From NCBI RefSeq assembly GCF_009914755.1, contig NC_060926.1: a stretch of 64,000 bases of DNA, one strand, 5' to 3'. Shown in pieces: positions 12,234 through 25,749 of the stretch. The stretch comes from the human T2T-CHM13v2.0 reference genome, Homo sapiens. The notes under the pieces were generated by a model that had not been told where the DNA came from, made no database searches, and saw only the letters and a list, made by a program, of their open reading frames with translations. The translations under genes were made by a program, and so were the position numbers. How positions within the stretch are numbered: the first letter of the stretch is position 1; each line of letters begins with the position of its first letter.

Positions 12234-15200
12234 TATATGTGTTTTTTAAAAACTCACTTCAAATGCAATGAAAATGGTAGGTGGAAAGTAAAAGGTAGAC
12301 AAAGATATACATGCAAACATTAATCAAAATAAAGAAAGACTAGTTATGTTAGTATCAGATAAAGTAGGCTTTAGATCAAAGAAAGTTACTAAGGACAAGG
12401 ATTAGGCACATTACATAATGATAAATGGATCAATCTGCCTAGAAGACAAAATGATCCTAAATGTGTATGCACGAAAAAACCATAGCCTCAAAATACTTCA
12501 AGCAAAAATTGATACAGCTGAGAACAATAGAGAAATAGACAAAGCCAAAATTATAGTTGGGGATTTCAACACCACCCCCCTCAGAAACTGGTATAACTAA
12601 TATACAGAAAATCAAGCATATAGAACAACTAAACAATATTATCAATCAACAAGATCCAATCAGTCTGTACACAATACTCCAGCCAATAACAGCTGAATAC
12701 ACAATCTTATCAAAACCTGTGGAACACTCACCAAGATAGATCATATCCCGGGTTGTAAAATTCAATTCAATAATTCACTTCAACTCAATGATTTAAAATA
12801 ATTGAAATCATAGAGAGTGTGTTTTTTTCACCATGTAAAAACAAACTAGAATCAATAACAGAAGATAATAGAAAAATCTCCAAACATTTGGGAATTAAAC
12901 AACGTGCTTCTAAATAATCTGGTGGTCAAAAAGTCTCACAGAAATTTTTAAAAAATACGTTGAACAAAATAAAAATGAATATACAAAATATTGAATTATG
13001 TGGAACACGGTTAAAGCAGTGCTGGGAGAGACACTAATAGCAGTAAATATTTGCATTAAAAAAGGAAGTAAGATTTCAAATCAACAATCTAAGTTGCTAG
13101 AAACTTAGAAATAGAGAAACCAGAAATAGAGAGCAAAATAAACCCAAAGCAAGTGGAAGAATGAAAATAACAAAGACAAGAAATCAATTACATTCAAAAC
13201 AGAAAAACAACCAAAAAAAGTCAATGAAACAAACTAGTTCTTTGAAAAGATCAATAACATTGACATACTTTTGGCAAGACTGACAGAGAAAAAGAGAGAT
13301 AGCACAAATTGCCAATATCAGAAATAAATGGGATATTAGTACATATCCAGCAGTGAGTAACATGATAAGAGAATACTAAGAAAAACTCTACACTTAGTAA
13401 TTCAGCATTTTGGAATAAAATAGACCAATTACTTGAATTGCACAAATTACTAAAACCTCATGGAATAGGAAATAGATTATTTAAATAGGCTTATAACTAA
13501 TAAATAAATTGGATTAATTGTTAAAAATAAATGAGATCATCAAGGTCACAGGATATAAGATCAACACAGAAAAGTCAAATGTGATTCTTTATGCTAGCAA
13601 AGAACACATGAAAACCAAAATAAAAACACAATACCATCTACAATCTCAAAAAAGACAAGTACTTAGGTATAAATCTGGCAATTCATGTAGAGAACTCCTA
13701 TGCTGAAAACTATAAAGTGCTAAGGAAAGAAATCAAAGATGATGTAAGTCACTGGAGAGGTGTACCATGTTCATGAGCTAGAGGGCATCAACATAGTAAA
13801 GATGCCCATTTCCCCTGAATTTGCACATAAGTTTAATGCAACTGTATCAAAATGCCAGGAAGATGTTTTTGTAGATATAGACAAGCTTATTATAAAATGA
13901 ACATGGAAAGGCAAAGGAGCTGGAACTGCTAAAATAATTATAGAAAAAAGTATAAAGTACCAATTTATCTGATTTTAAGACTTTCCATATAGCTATAGTC
14001 ATCAAGACAGTGTGTTGTTGACATAGAAATTGACACAGATCAATGGGACAGGATAGACAACCTAGAAATCAAGTCACACAATTATAACTGCCCAACCTAT
14101 TTTTGACAAATGTACTAAAAACTGTGCAATAATGGAAACATACCCTTTTTCAACAAATGGTGCTAGAAAAACTGGACATCCATAGGCCAAGAAAAAAAAA
14201 TTCTCAAACAACCACACTGCTTATACAAAGTTAACTCAAAATGTATTGTGAATGTGTACATAAAACATAATATAACAATACTTTTAGAAGAAAATATAGG
14301 AGAAAACCTTTGAGATCTGGGGCTAGATGAAGTGTTCTTAAACATGACACCAAAGCAGGATCCATGAAAGAAAAAATTGATAAACTGAACTTCATCAATA
14401 TAAAAACTGCTCTTTGAGAGACCTTCTTAAGAAAGAGAATACAAACTTCAGAATGGGAGATAATATTTGTAAACCATATATTAGGCACAGAATGCATATC
14501 TAAAATACATAAAGAACTCTCAACAGTAAAAAACACCTAACATCCAGTTAGAAAATGGGCAAAAGACATGAAGAATCATTTAACCAAAGAAGATATACAC
14601 ATGGCAAATAAGCACATGAAATAAGGTTTAATATTATCAGCCACTAGGAGACAAATGAAAACCCACAATGAGATAGCACTACACATCTGTTAGAATTAAA
14701 ATACAAAATAGCAACAATACCAAATGCTAGTGAGAAAAAGGAGAAACTGATCTCTCATATATTACTGGTAGGAATGTAAAATGGCTATAGCCACTCTGGA
14801 AAATAGTTTGGCCATTTCTTAAACACAAAAATCAAAGCACACATTTGCCATTATGACCCAACCCTTGAGCTTGTGGGCATTTCTTCCAAAGAAAAAAACC
14901 CTTATGTACACACACACACACAAAGTCATACACCAATGTTCATAGCAGCTTTATTGAAACAACCTGCCTGTCCTTGTTGAACTGTGATGTGTACATACCC
15001 CGAAATGCTATTCAGTAATAAAAAGGAAGACAAAGAAGACCCTATGGTTGCATACAACAACTTGTATGGGTCTCAAGGGCATTACACTGAGTGAAAAACA
15101 AAGCCGATCTCAAAAGATCGTACACTGTCTGATTCCATTTATTTGACAGTTTCCAAGTGACAAAATTCTGGAAATGGAGACCACAACAATGGATGCCAGG

Positions 15201-15547
15201 ACTGAGGGGTGTGGGCGTAGGTGGGTGCGACCATAAAGAAACATGAGGGACACCTTTACAGAGCTGACACCATTCTTGTTTCTTGATTGTGGTGGGTGAT
15301 TACATGAATCTACACATTTAACAAAATTCATAGAAGTATACACACACCCATACATGCAAATAAGTACATGTAAAACAGAAATCTGAATAAATTGTACCAA
15401 TGTCAATCTCCCAGTTTTGATATTGTTATAATTAAATAAGGTCTTATGAATGGGAAAAACTGACTTGAAGGGTACAGAGGATCCCTCTACTATTTTCGCA
15501 ACTTTCTGTGAATCTATAATTATTTTAACATAAAAAGTAGTTAAAAA

Positions 15548-16265
15548 TCAATTATATTTCTATTCAGCAGCAAAGATTCCAAACTAAAAATAATTAAATA
15601 TACTATTTATGACAGCTTAAAAAAACCCTATGGGTAATTCTAATGAAAAATGTGCACAACCTGTACACAGAAAACTTTTAAAGAATTTTAAAGAACTAAG
15701 CAAATAAAGGGATACACTATGTTTGCTATCCAAAAATGTAAAAGACATCAATTTTCTCCAAATTGATCTATGCAGATTTAATGCAATCTCAATCAAAATC
15801 CAAGCATGATTTTTTTGGAAGTGACAAACTGACTTTAAAATGTATATTGAGATGCAGATAGGAATATTCAAGATAATGATGAAGATGAAAAATTGGAGTA
15901 TTTCCACTCCACGTATCAAAACTTATTTTAAAGTGACAGTGTGGTATTGATGCAAGAATAGACAATTGGACCAAAGAAGTAAAAGCAAATCCAGAAATAA
16001 ACTCACACATATACGGACACTGAAATTTATGACAAAGTTCCAAAGCAACAGGGAAAGAGTGTTCTTTTCAGTAAATGGAACTGAGCCACTTTTATATCCA
16101 CATGTGAAAAAATAAATATCCACCCTTACCTCACATGGTATGCAAAGTCAATGTTGTTCTATATGCGAAAGGTAAGACAATAACAATCCTAAAATACAAG
16201 ACAAATGAATATACTTTGAGTTTGGGGAAGGTAAAGATTTCTTCAACACAATATGAAAAGCATTA
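15548..16265 (+). mobile_element. L1ME-type ORF2 fragment
   Basis: AAATTGATCTATGCAGATTTAATGCAATCTCAATCAAAATC and GACAGTGTGGTATTG motifs. Confidence 0.7.
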
Positions 16266-17115
16266 TGTATTATTTTCTTGAGCTCTTTATAGATGTGTAT
16301 TCTTTTTACATAGCATCGTGTTCTTGTTTTATGCATGTATGTCTTCTCCATGGTGATATAAATTAAGACTTTTTAACTTATGTTTCTTGATTTTCCAGGT
16401 TCACTTTTTTGTTTACTTTTTCTCACTCTGGTGTCCACATATATCTGATGAGTGTAGGTTTTCCTAGGATTAGATTGCTTATAGGTGGTTGGTGTAAGTT
16501 TCCTCTGCTGTGGTGCAAGTAGGTTTGTTTCCTCATTAGATCTGAATGGGACAGCCAAAGAGGAGCTCTGGGTACATGGCTAGATGACAGCCCTTTGGCT
16601 GGGAATCTCTAAAATGGCAGGATTCCTATACCACCATCTCATTCCCACCCAACTGGGTCCATTTCTCTAGAGGTGAGCTCGTCGACTTCTTTGCCTGGTG
16701 ATAAACACTGGATGGCCAGTCCCTTGGCACCTACCGCCTCTGGGTCGGAGCTCCTGAGTTTCTCCAGGAAGATCTCCCTGGCCCCCCATTGCCCCTTTTG
16801 CATACAACCTTGTCTCCAGCTACCTCCACTCAACTTCTTCCAACATCATTCTCTTAACCACTTTTCTCCTCCCGGAAGCATGTAAAGTCCTCTGAAGACC
16901 ACTCCCTCTATTCATTCCATATATATATGTAATGGTAATGAGTGAAGAAAAACAGATGTTTTCAGTCTATCCTCTTGAAATCTTTGTTTCACTAGCCGAA
17001 TCTAATGTTTGTCAAAATTATAGTGTCCTGTTAACATCCAAGTGGAAATATATTTAGAAACAGTATTACAAAGAGATTTGAGGAGATTATGGGAAGGATG
17101 ATCAATCTGACTCTC

Positions 17116-17426
17116 TTTTATCTATTTTATTTTATTTTTTGAGACAGAGTCTCACTCTGTCACCTACGCTAGAGTGTCACCTAGGCGGGATTATCAGCTC
17201 ACTGAAACCTCTGCCTCCCGGGTTCAAGCAATTCTCCTGCCTCAGCTTCCCAAGTAGCTGGGATACAGGCACCTGCCACCACAACCGGCTAATTTTTTTT
17301 ATCTTTAGTAGACACAGGGTTTCGCCATGTTGACCAGGCCAGTCTTAAACTCCTGAACTCAGGTGATCCACCTGCCTCAGCCTCTCAAAGTGCTGGGATT
17401 GCAGGCATGAGCCACCGCGCCCAGAC
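17116..17426 (-). mobile_element. AluS
   Basis: T-rich tail followed by GAGACAGAGTCTCACTCTG ... GAGCCACCGCGCCCAG. Confidence 0.95.
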
Positions 17427-18200
17427 AACTCCATTCTCTTTAGGGCAAGAAGACTGGTTCGGCTTCAGAACTTCCACAAATGATTGCCAGCTCACCTATT
17501 TGCTTATCACCCCTCTACCCTGGAAGAGCAGGACACTTGGCCTCCTTAGAGAGTGTGATCTCAGCCTGCCAGCTGTGTAATCCGGACCAAAATCCAGGAT
17601 GAAAAGAAACAGCCCAAAGGAAGAGCCTCTAATACAGTGTTTCCCAAACATCTTCTGTGAAACACCATTTCTGCTGGATGTTAATAGGTTTTCACCAGCA
17701 AAAGTCTTATGATTAACCAAATGCAGAGTTGCATGTCCAAATGTCTGAAAAGCAAAGCCTCATAGGCACCAGCCTGTTTCACCTGGATGAAACCAGCCTT
17801 TCCCCACAGTATTTGACACAGGAATATTTATGGAGGGGCTTTTACCAGACACACAAATAAAATGCAAGTCTCCATTTGTTACCCAATGCTGTTGGGAAAA
17901 AAAATCATCCCTTATGATCCTGACTGTCTGAAACACTCCACTTAGCAAGTGTCTCAGAATTGTGCGAAGGACTGGGTGGAACTTGCACCTTTTCCCTTCT
18001 GATGAAGACGGCCGTGTAACTTGTTCCCCTTTTTGCTCAAGGAAACTCTGAGTCAAAGCTGATCTTCAGTCACAGCACAGTTCTCTGTCTCTGCAATTAG
18101 TGTACTTGCTTCCTTCCCCTTTCCATACTCTTACTGTTTTGATTTTATTTAACCTTCCTTTACTATGACCTTTGGTAAATCACTTCGAAAATGTTTTAAG

Positions 18201-18495
18201 GGATTGGGTGTGGTAGCTCACACCTGTAAACCCAACACTTTGGGAGGCCAAGGCGGGAGGATCACTTGAGGCCAGGAGTTCAAGACCAGCCTAGGCAACA
18301 AAGTGAGCCGCCATCTCTACAAAAAATTAAAAAAATAAGTCAGGCCTGGTGGGCCACACCTATAGTCTCAGCTACTGAGAAGGCTGAGGTGAGAGGATTG
18401 CTTGAGTCCAGTAGACAGAGACTGCAGTGAGCTATGACTGTACCACTGCACTCCAACTTGGGAAACAAAGCAAGACCCCATCTCTTAAACAAAAA
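18201..18495 (+). mobile_element. AluJ
   Basis: Dimeric Alu with J-type GGAGGATCACTTGAGGCCAGGAG and GAGCTATGACTG. Confidence 0.92.
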
Positions 18496-18501
18496 GTTTT
18501 A

Positions 18502-18640
18502 GGCCAGACAGGATGGTTCAAGCCTGTAATCCTAGTGCTTTGGGAGGCTGAGACAGGAGGATCACTTGAGGCCAGAAGTTCTGAGACCAGCCTGGGCAAC
18601 ATAGCCACACCCCTATCTCTACAAAAATAATTTTTAAAAA
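18502..18640 (+). mobile_element. FLAM/AluJ left monomer
   Basis: GGCCAGACAGGATGGTTCAAGCCTGTAATCC ... CTCTACAAAAA with no right arm. Confidence 0.88.
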
Positions 18641-19971
18641 AGATGTTTTAGAAATAATCATAGTCTAAGTGTATTTCAAGGGGAAAATATGGTTAAGAAA
18701 ACCTGTGACATTATGACAGTTAGTGTTGACCTATGGTGATGTAATATCTATGTCACCTGGTGTCAACAATACAGAGTCTAATCCCACATTGGGACAGGAT
18801 CCCCAGACCTCAAAACATTGTTATATGGGCTTCCATTAAAAATATATATATTTGGCTTTAAAAAATAATCACTACTGCATTCCTTGTGTCCCGATGAAGC
18901 ATTTGATGTCAAAAAGGAAAACCTCAGGGAAACAATTCATTTTATATTTCCATTTCATGGGAGAATGCAGACTACATTTAACTAAGAGAATAGGTTAGAT
19001 AGGTTGTATTTCAAAATGCAAATTTGTCAGCAGGAAGCATGAATATTTCCTAGGGCGTCCTTTAAAACACGTTACCACACAGTATGCACTTTGTGCTGTT
19101 CTTAGGAAATACCTGTAGCTGGTCTTTTTAAGTGACAGTGGCACTGTCCTGGCTAATAGGGGAAGGGAAGCGAGGCATGAAGAGGAGAACTTGGGAGCTG
19201 AGGCCTTCATGGCAAACAGCCACAGTCCTTTCCCTTAGAAGATGGACTGAGTTACAAAGAAACCACTTTCCACAGGACAACTTAGATCATATGTGATATG
19301 GGAAAAAAAACAACGTAAACACTTGGTAATAAGACACTGGTTAAATAAATTATGATGGAATACTACAAAACTGATAAAATTGAAGTATAAAAAAATTAAT
19401 AGTTTGTTTCATAACAATGTTTCAGTCAAGGATTGTTTCAATGCAGTTTAAACACTTGTGAATTTTGAATAATACATTTTAAATCTTTTGATTTTTTGGC
19501 CAATATTTGCCATCTTCAGTCGGAAGTGTTGAAACAAAAGAAATTAAAATGTATTATTCTGAATTTAAAAAAACTGAATAAGGGCAAAATAAGTCTGAAT
19601 AATTTATCTTTCAAATGATCCCATTTTGTAAACTCATAACATTGATACTTCTCATATTATTAAAACCTTAAGCAGCATTAGGACTCTTGGGACATTCTGT
19701 CTTATTTATTGAAGGGTGGGTTACTCACAGTTGTACAGGACATTTCTGATTCTGTAAAGTGTAGTATATGTGTTCGTATATTCATAGAAAAAAGTCTGTA
19801 GAATTATAAACAAGCAGATTTACAAAGCTGTTTTTTTTGTTGTGGAATTGTTGCTTTCTTTCTTTTTTCTTTTTTGTGTTTTCCACATTTTCTACAGTCA
19901 ATACACATGGAATTCATAATACAGAAGGAAAAACCATTCACATTTCCTCAGGATAGTAGATCTAGGGGAAC

Positions 19972-22280
19972 TGATATGGTTTTTGTCTGTGTCCCCACCC
20001 AGATTTCATGTCAAATTGTAATTTCCAATGTTGGAGGTGGGGTCTGGTGGGAGGTAATTGGATAATGAGGGCAAGAGCTGGTGGTTTAAAAGTGAGTAGC
20101 ATCTGCCCTACTTCCTCTTGCTCCAGCCATGTAAGCATGCCTACCTCCCCTTCACCTTCCAAAGTGATTTTAAGTTTTCTGAGGCCTTCCCAGCTGTGCT
20201 TCCTGGACAGCCTAAACCTCTTGTCTTTACAAATTACCCAGTTTCAGATATTTCTTTATAGCAGTGTGAGAATGGGCTAATACATAAAATTGGTACCTAG
20301 GAGTGGGGCATTGCTATATAGATACCTGACAGTGTGGAAGCAGCTTTGGAACTGGGCAACATCTAGAGGTTGGAAGACTGTGAAGGACTCAGCAAAAGAC
20401 AGGAAAATGAGGAACAGTTTGGAACTTTCTAGAGACTTGTTAAATTGTTGTGACCAAAATGTTGGTAGTGATGTGGACAATGAAGTTCAGACTGAGGAGG
20501 TCTCAGATGAAAATGAGAAATTTATTGGGAACTGGAATAAAGGTCACTCTTGCTATGCTTTAGCAAAGAGACTGGTGGCATTGTGCCCCTGCTCTAGGGA
20601 TCTGTGGAACTTTGAACTTGAGAGAGATGATTTAGGGTATCCAGTGGAAGAAATTTCTAAGCAGCAAAGCATTCAAGAAGTGACCTGACTGCTTCTTAGA
20701 AGCTAACTCATGTGCATGAGCAAAGAAATGATCTGAAACTGGAACTTATATTTAAAAGGGAAGCAGAACATAAATGTTTGGACAATTTGCAGCCTGGACA
20801 TGTGGTAGAAAAAAAAGGCCATTTTAGGGGAGGAATTCAAGCAGGCTGCAGACATTTGAATAAGTAAAGAGGAGCCAAATGCTGATAGCCAAGACAATGG
20901 GAAAAAGGCCTCCAAGGCATTTCAGAGACCTTCACAGTAGCCCCTTTCATCATAGGCCCAGAGGCCTAGGAGGGAAGAATGATTTCCTGAGCCAAGCCCA
21001 GGGCCCTGCTGCCCTGCAGAGCCTTGGGGCACTGCTCCCTGCATCCCAGACACTTCAGCTCCAGCAGTGGCTCAAAGGGGCCCAGGTACTTGGACTGCAG
21101 CTTCAGAGGGTGCAAGCTTTGGTGGCTCCACATGATGTTAAGCCTGCAGGTGCCCAGAGTGCAAGAGTTGAGGCTTGGGAGCCTCCTCCTTGATTTCAGA
21201 GGATGTATGAAAATGCCTGGATATCCAGGCAGAAGCCTGCTATGGGGCGAAGCCTTCATGGAGAACCTCTACTAGGGCAGTCCAGAGGGTAAATGTGGGG
21301 TTGGAGCTTCCACACAGTCTCCACTGGGACACTGCCTAGTGGAGCTGTGAGAAGAGAGGGCCACTGTCCTCCAGAACCCCAGAATAGTAGATACACTGCC
21401 AGCACCATACTCCTGGAAAAGCCACAGGCACTCAGTGCCAGCCCTTGAGAGCAGCCATGGGGGCTGAGCCCTACAGGGCCATGGAGATGGAGTTGCCCAA
21501 GGCCTTCAGAGTCCACCCCTTGCATCAGTGCAGCCTGGATGTGAGACATGGAGTCAAAGGAGTTTATTTTGAAGCTTTAAGATTTAATGACAGCTCTGCT
21601 GGGTTTTCAACTTGACTTGCATGGGGCCTATAGCCCCTTTGTTTTGGCCAATTTCTCCTTTTTGGAATGGAAGCATTTACCCAATGCCTATATCTTAGAA
21701 GTAACTAACTTGTTTTTGATTTCACAGGCTCATAGGTAAAGGGGCTAGCCTTATCTCAGATGAGACTTTGGACTTTGAACTTTTGACTTAATGCTAAAAT
21801 GACTTTTGAGTTATGAATTTGGGGGACTGTTGGGAAGGCATAATTCTATTTTGAAATGTGAGAAGGACATGATATTTGGGAAGGGCCAGGGTGGAATGAT
21901 ATGGTTTGGGTCTGTGTCTCCATCCAAATCTCATGTGAAATTGTAATCCCCAGTGTTGGAGGTGGAGCCTGGTGGAAGGTGACTGGCACATGGGGGCAGG
22001 TTTCTCCTTTGGTGCTGTTCTCCTGATGGTGAGTGAGTTATTGCAAGATATGGTTGTTTAAAAGAGTGTAACACCTCCCCAACACCCTTCCTCTTGCTCT
22101 GACCATGTAAGAAAATGCCTGCTTCCCCTTCACCTTCTGCCACAATTGTAAGTTTCCTGAGGCCTCCCCAGCCATGCTTCCCATACAGCCTGCAGAACTG
22201 GAGCCAATTAAACCTCTTTTCTTTATTAATTACCCAGTTCCAGGCACTTCTTTATAGCAGTGTGAGAATGGACTAATGTA
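19972..22280 (+). mobile_element. Full-length MSTA/B-like MaLR (LTR 19972-20284, internal, LTR 21897-22280)
   Basis: LTRs run TGATATGG...CTAATACA (last one degenerate). MST-type GTTGGAGGTGGGG(C)CTGGTGG. Internal ORF remnant at 20290-20688. TSD imperfect (GGAAC/GGACA). Confidence 0.92.
20290..20688 (+). pseudogene. MaLR internal ORF remnant (132 aa open stretch)
   Basis: NSLELSRDLLNCCDQN...DLWNFELERDDLGY...EEISKQQSIQEV is homologous to 3693-4010. Confidence 0.85.
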
Positions 22281-22284
22281 GGAC

Positions 22285-25075
22285 ATTTCTGGTTGCCTGC
22301 CTTTTCTCCTTCCAAACTGAACTGATTTGATTCAGGTATGTGACCCCAGGCAGCCCATGGCTACAGAAGAAGCTGCTCCCAGTCACCTCTGGCTTGGTTT
22401 GGATGGGTGAGGTTGTCCCGTTTCTGCAGGTGGGTGATCAGAAATGGGCACAGGAACAACTCTGGGCAATGGAACTTCAGACAAGTTTATGAAACTTATG
22501 AGAAAAATGTCCTAATTTTTGAGCAACAGCTGTAGAAAGATGATATGGTTTGTCTCTGTGACCCCCACCCCCCAATCTCATCTTGAATTGTAATACCCAT
22601 GTGTCAAGGAAGGGACCTGGTAGGAGGTGATTGGATCATGGAGGGCAGTTTCCCCCATGCTGTTCTTGTGATGATGAGTTCTCATGAAATCTGATGGTTT
22701 AAAAGTGGCACTTTCCCCTTAGCTCTTTCTCTCTCCTGCCACCTTGTGAAGAAAGTGCTTGCTTTCCTTCACCTTCTGCCATTATTGTAAGTTTCCTGAG
22801 CCATGCGGAACTGTGAGTCAGTTAAACTTCTTTTATTTATAAATTATCCAGTTTCAAGTATGTTTTTATAGCAGTGTGAAAACAGACTAATACAGAAAAT
22901 TGGTACCAAGGTAGTGGGTCATTTCTATAAGACACCTGAGAATGTAGAAGCAACTCAGTAACTGGCAGAGCTTAGAACCATTTGGAGGGCTCAGAATAAG
23001 ACAGGAAGATGAGGAAAAGTTTGAAACTTTCTAGAGACTTCTTGAATGGTTTTGACCAAAATGCTGATAGTGATATGGACAATGAAGTCCAGGCTGAGGT
23101 GGTCTCAGATGGAGATAAGGAACTTCTTGGGAACTGAAGTAAAAGTTACTCTTGCTATGCTTTATCAAAGAGACTGGTGGTGTTGTGCCCCTGCCCTAGA
23201 GATCTGTGGAACTTTGAACTTGAGAGAGATGACCTAGGGTATCTGGTGGAAGAAATTTCTAAGCTGCAAAGCGTTCACGATGTAACTTGGCTCTTTCTGA
23301 AAGCATATAGTCATATGCATTCACAAAGAGATGATCTGAAATTGAAACTTAAAAAGAAAAGCAGAGCATAAACGTTTGGAAAATTTGCAGCTTAAGCATG
23401 CGGTAGAAAATTTCTGGGAAGAAATTCAAGCCAGCTGCAGAAATTTGCATAAGTAATGAGGAGACAAATGTTAATCTCCAAGACAATGACAATGGGGGAT
23501 ATGTGTCCAGGGCATTTTGGAGATCTTCACAGCGGCTCCCCTAATCACAGGCCTGGAGGTCTAGGAGTGAAAAATGGTTTCATGGGTCAGGCCCATGACC
23601 CCACTGTTCTGTGCAGCCTGGTGACATGATGCCCTGCCTCCCAGCCACTGTAGCTCCAGTCGTGGCTTAAAGGGGCCAATGTACAGCTCAGGCCATTGTT
23701 TCAGAAGGTGCAAGACCCAAGCCTTGGTGGCTTCCACATGTTGGGCCTTTGGGTGTGCAGAAGACAAGAGTTGAACTTTGGGAGCCTCTGCCTAGATTTC
23801 AAAGGATGTATGGAAACACCTGGATGTCCAGGCAGAAGTCTGCTGCAGGGACAGAGCCCTCGTGGAGAACCTTTACCAGGGCAATGCAGAGGCAGAAATG
23901 TGGGTTTGGAGCCCCCACACAGAGACCCCACTGGGGCACTGCCTAGCATAGCTGTGAGAAGAAGGCCACCATCCTCCAGACCACAGAATGTTAGGTACAC
24001 TGGCAGCTTGCACTCTGTGCTTGGAAAAGTCACAGGCATTCAACACCAGCCCATGAAAGCAGCCATAGGGGATTTACCCTGCAGAGCCACAGAGGCAGAG
24101 CTGCCTCAGGCCATGGGAGCCTACCCCTTGCATCAGTGTGTCCTGGATGTGAGATATAGATATGTTTTTGAGCTTTAAGAACTAATGACTGCACAGCCAG
24201 GCTTTGAACTTGCATAGAGCCTGTGGCCTCTTTGTTTTGGTCAATTTCTCCCATTTGGAGCAGGAACATTTACCCAATGCCTGTACCCTCATTGTATCTT
24301 AAAAGTAACTAACTTGTTTTCTATTTTACAGGCTCATAGGCAGAAGGGACTTGTCTTGTCTCACATGAGACTTTGGACTTGGACTTTTATGTTAATGCTG
24401 GAATGAGTTAAGACTTTGGGGGACTGTTGGGAAGGCATGATTGTGTTTTGAAATGTGAGAAGGACATAAGATTTGGGAGGGACCAGGGATGAAATGAAAT
24501 GGTTTGGTTCTGTGACCCCACTCAAATCTTATCTCGAATTGTAATTCCCATGTGTCGAGAAAGGGACCCGGTGGGAGGAGATTGGATCATGGGGGCAGTT
24601 TTCCCCATGCTGTTCTCATGATAGTGACTGAGTTCTCATGAGAACTGATGGTTTAAGAGTGACACTCCCCCTTCACTCTCTTCCTCCTGCCATCTTGTGA
24701 AGAAAGTGCTTGCATCTCCTTTACCTTCTGCCATGATTGTAAGTTTCTTGAGTCATGAGGAACAGTGAGTCAATTAAACTTCTTTTATTTATAAATGACC
24801 CAGGCTCAGGCATGTCTTTATAATAGTGTGAAAATGAACTAATACAGAAGACATGGCCACTTTCTGTTCCTCTGAAGTCTTTGTGGAGGGTGGAGAGGTC
24901 TAGACCCTGCTGCTGCTGTGGGATAAAGCCAGCACATAGGGTGGTCCCCAAGAGGATCTCAGGAAGCTGGTCCAGAGCCTCAGGATTACATGGCGCTGGC
25001 CATTCAGGCCCAAGACCCACCACACGCACTTCAGGTTTAAGTTAGCTTGAATTGTGATATCTGTTTCTTCTTTCC
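22285..25075 (+). mobile_element. Old ERVL-type LTR (LTR16/LTR33-like) split by the THE1D at 22541-24846
   Basis: The flanks resemble LTR16/33. They end TTTAAGTTAGCTTGAATTG...AAAGGCATCTCAATAGATA. Confidence 0.45.
22541..24846 (+). mobile_element. Full-length THE1D/MSTA-like MaLR (LTR 22541-22894, internal, LTR 24495-24846)
   Basis: Two ~353-bp LTRs, MaLR internal ORF remnants (DLWNFELERDDLGYL) and TSD AAAGA/GAAGA with 1 mismatch. Confidence 0.93.
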
Positions 25076-25749
25076 TAAAGGCATCTCAATAGATATTGGC
25101 TCCTTCCAAAATCCTTGCTGCTATTGGCTGCTGGACAAAGCTTTCCTTTTTCAATCCAATCTGTTACCTCTAGTGAGTGACTGAAGCTCACTGATTTGAG
25201 GCCAGTAAGCAGATGGCAGCTCCCAATTTTCCTTCCTGGAAAATGTATTCATTACCCTGGAGCTAAAGGTTTTCCAAGTGTTTTCATTTCTGGAGAAGGT
25301 ATTTACTTTTAATGCACTGAGGGGAAGAAGTAAGAAGGCCCAGAATCGCCTTCCTCAAGTGAAATGGCACTCTCTGAGATTTTTTTTTCTTTACTAAAAC
25401 CAGGTAGTCTGATTTCATCCATCAGGGGCCCTAAATAAAATTCTGAGGAAGCTGAGTGTTGGTATGTGTGCTGGGGATCAGGAAGTACAAATGCCTGTTT
25501 CCCCAGAGGCCAGCCAGGAAAGCACTGGGGTGAGGATCAGCAATGTGGATGTGTGGGGACGGTGGCATGCCGGAAGGGTGCCCGATCTCCAGGAGGCAGC
25601 TCTCCTCCCTGATTGCAGCTCAGGGCTCCACATAATGTGTGTGCCCGGCCTGCTGCTCTGGGTTGCCCTGGCCTGCTCTGATGGGGACACTCCACCCTAG
25701 ACGTGTTCCAAAGAGTGAAGGGCACAGCTAACCAGTCCCTTCCTTCCTT

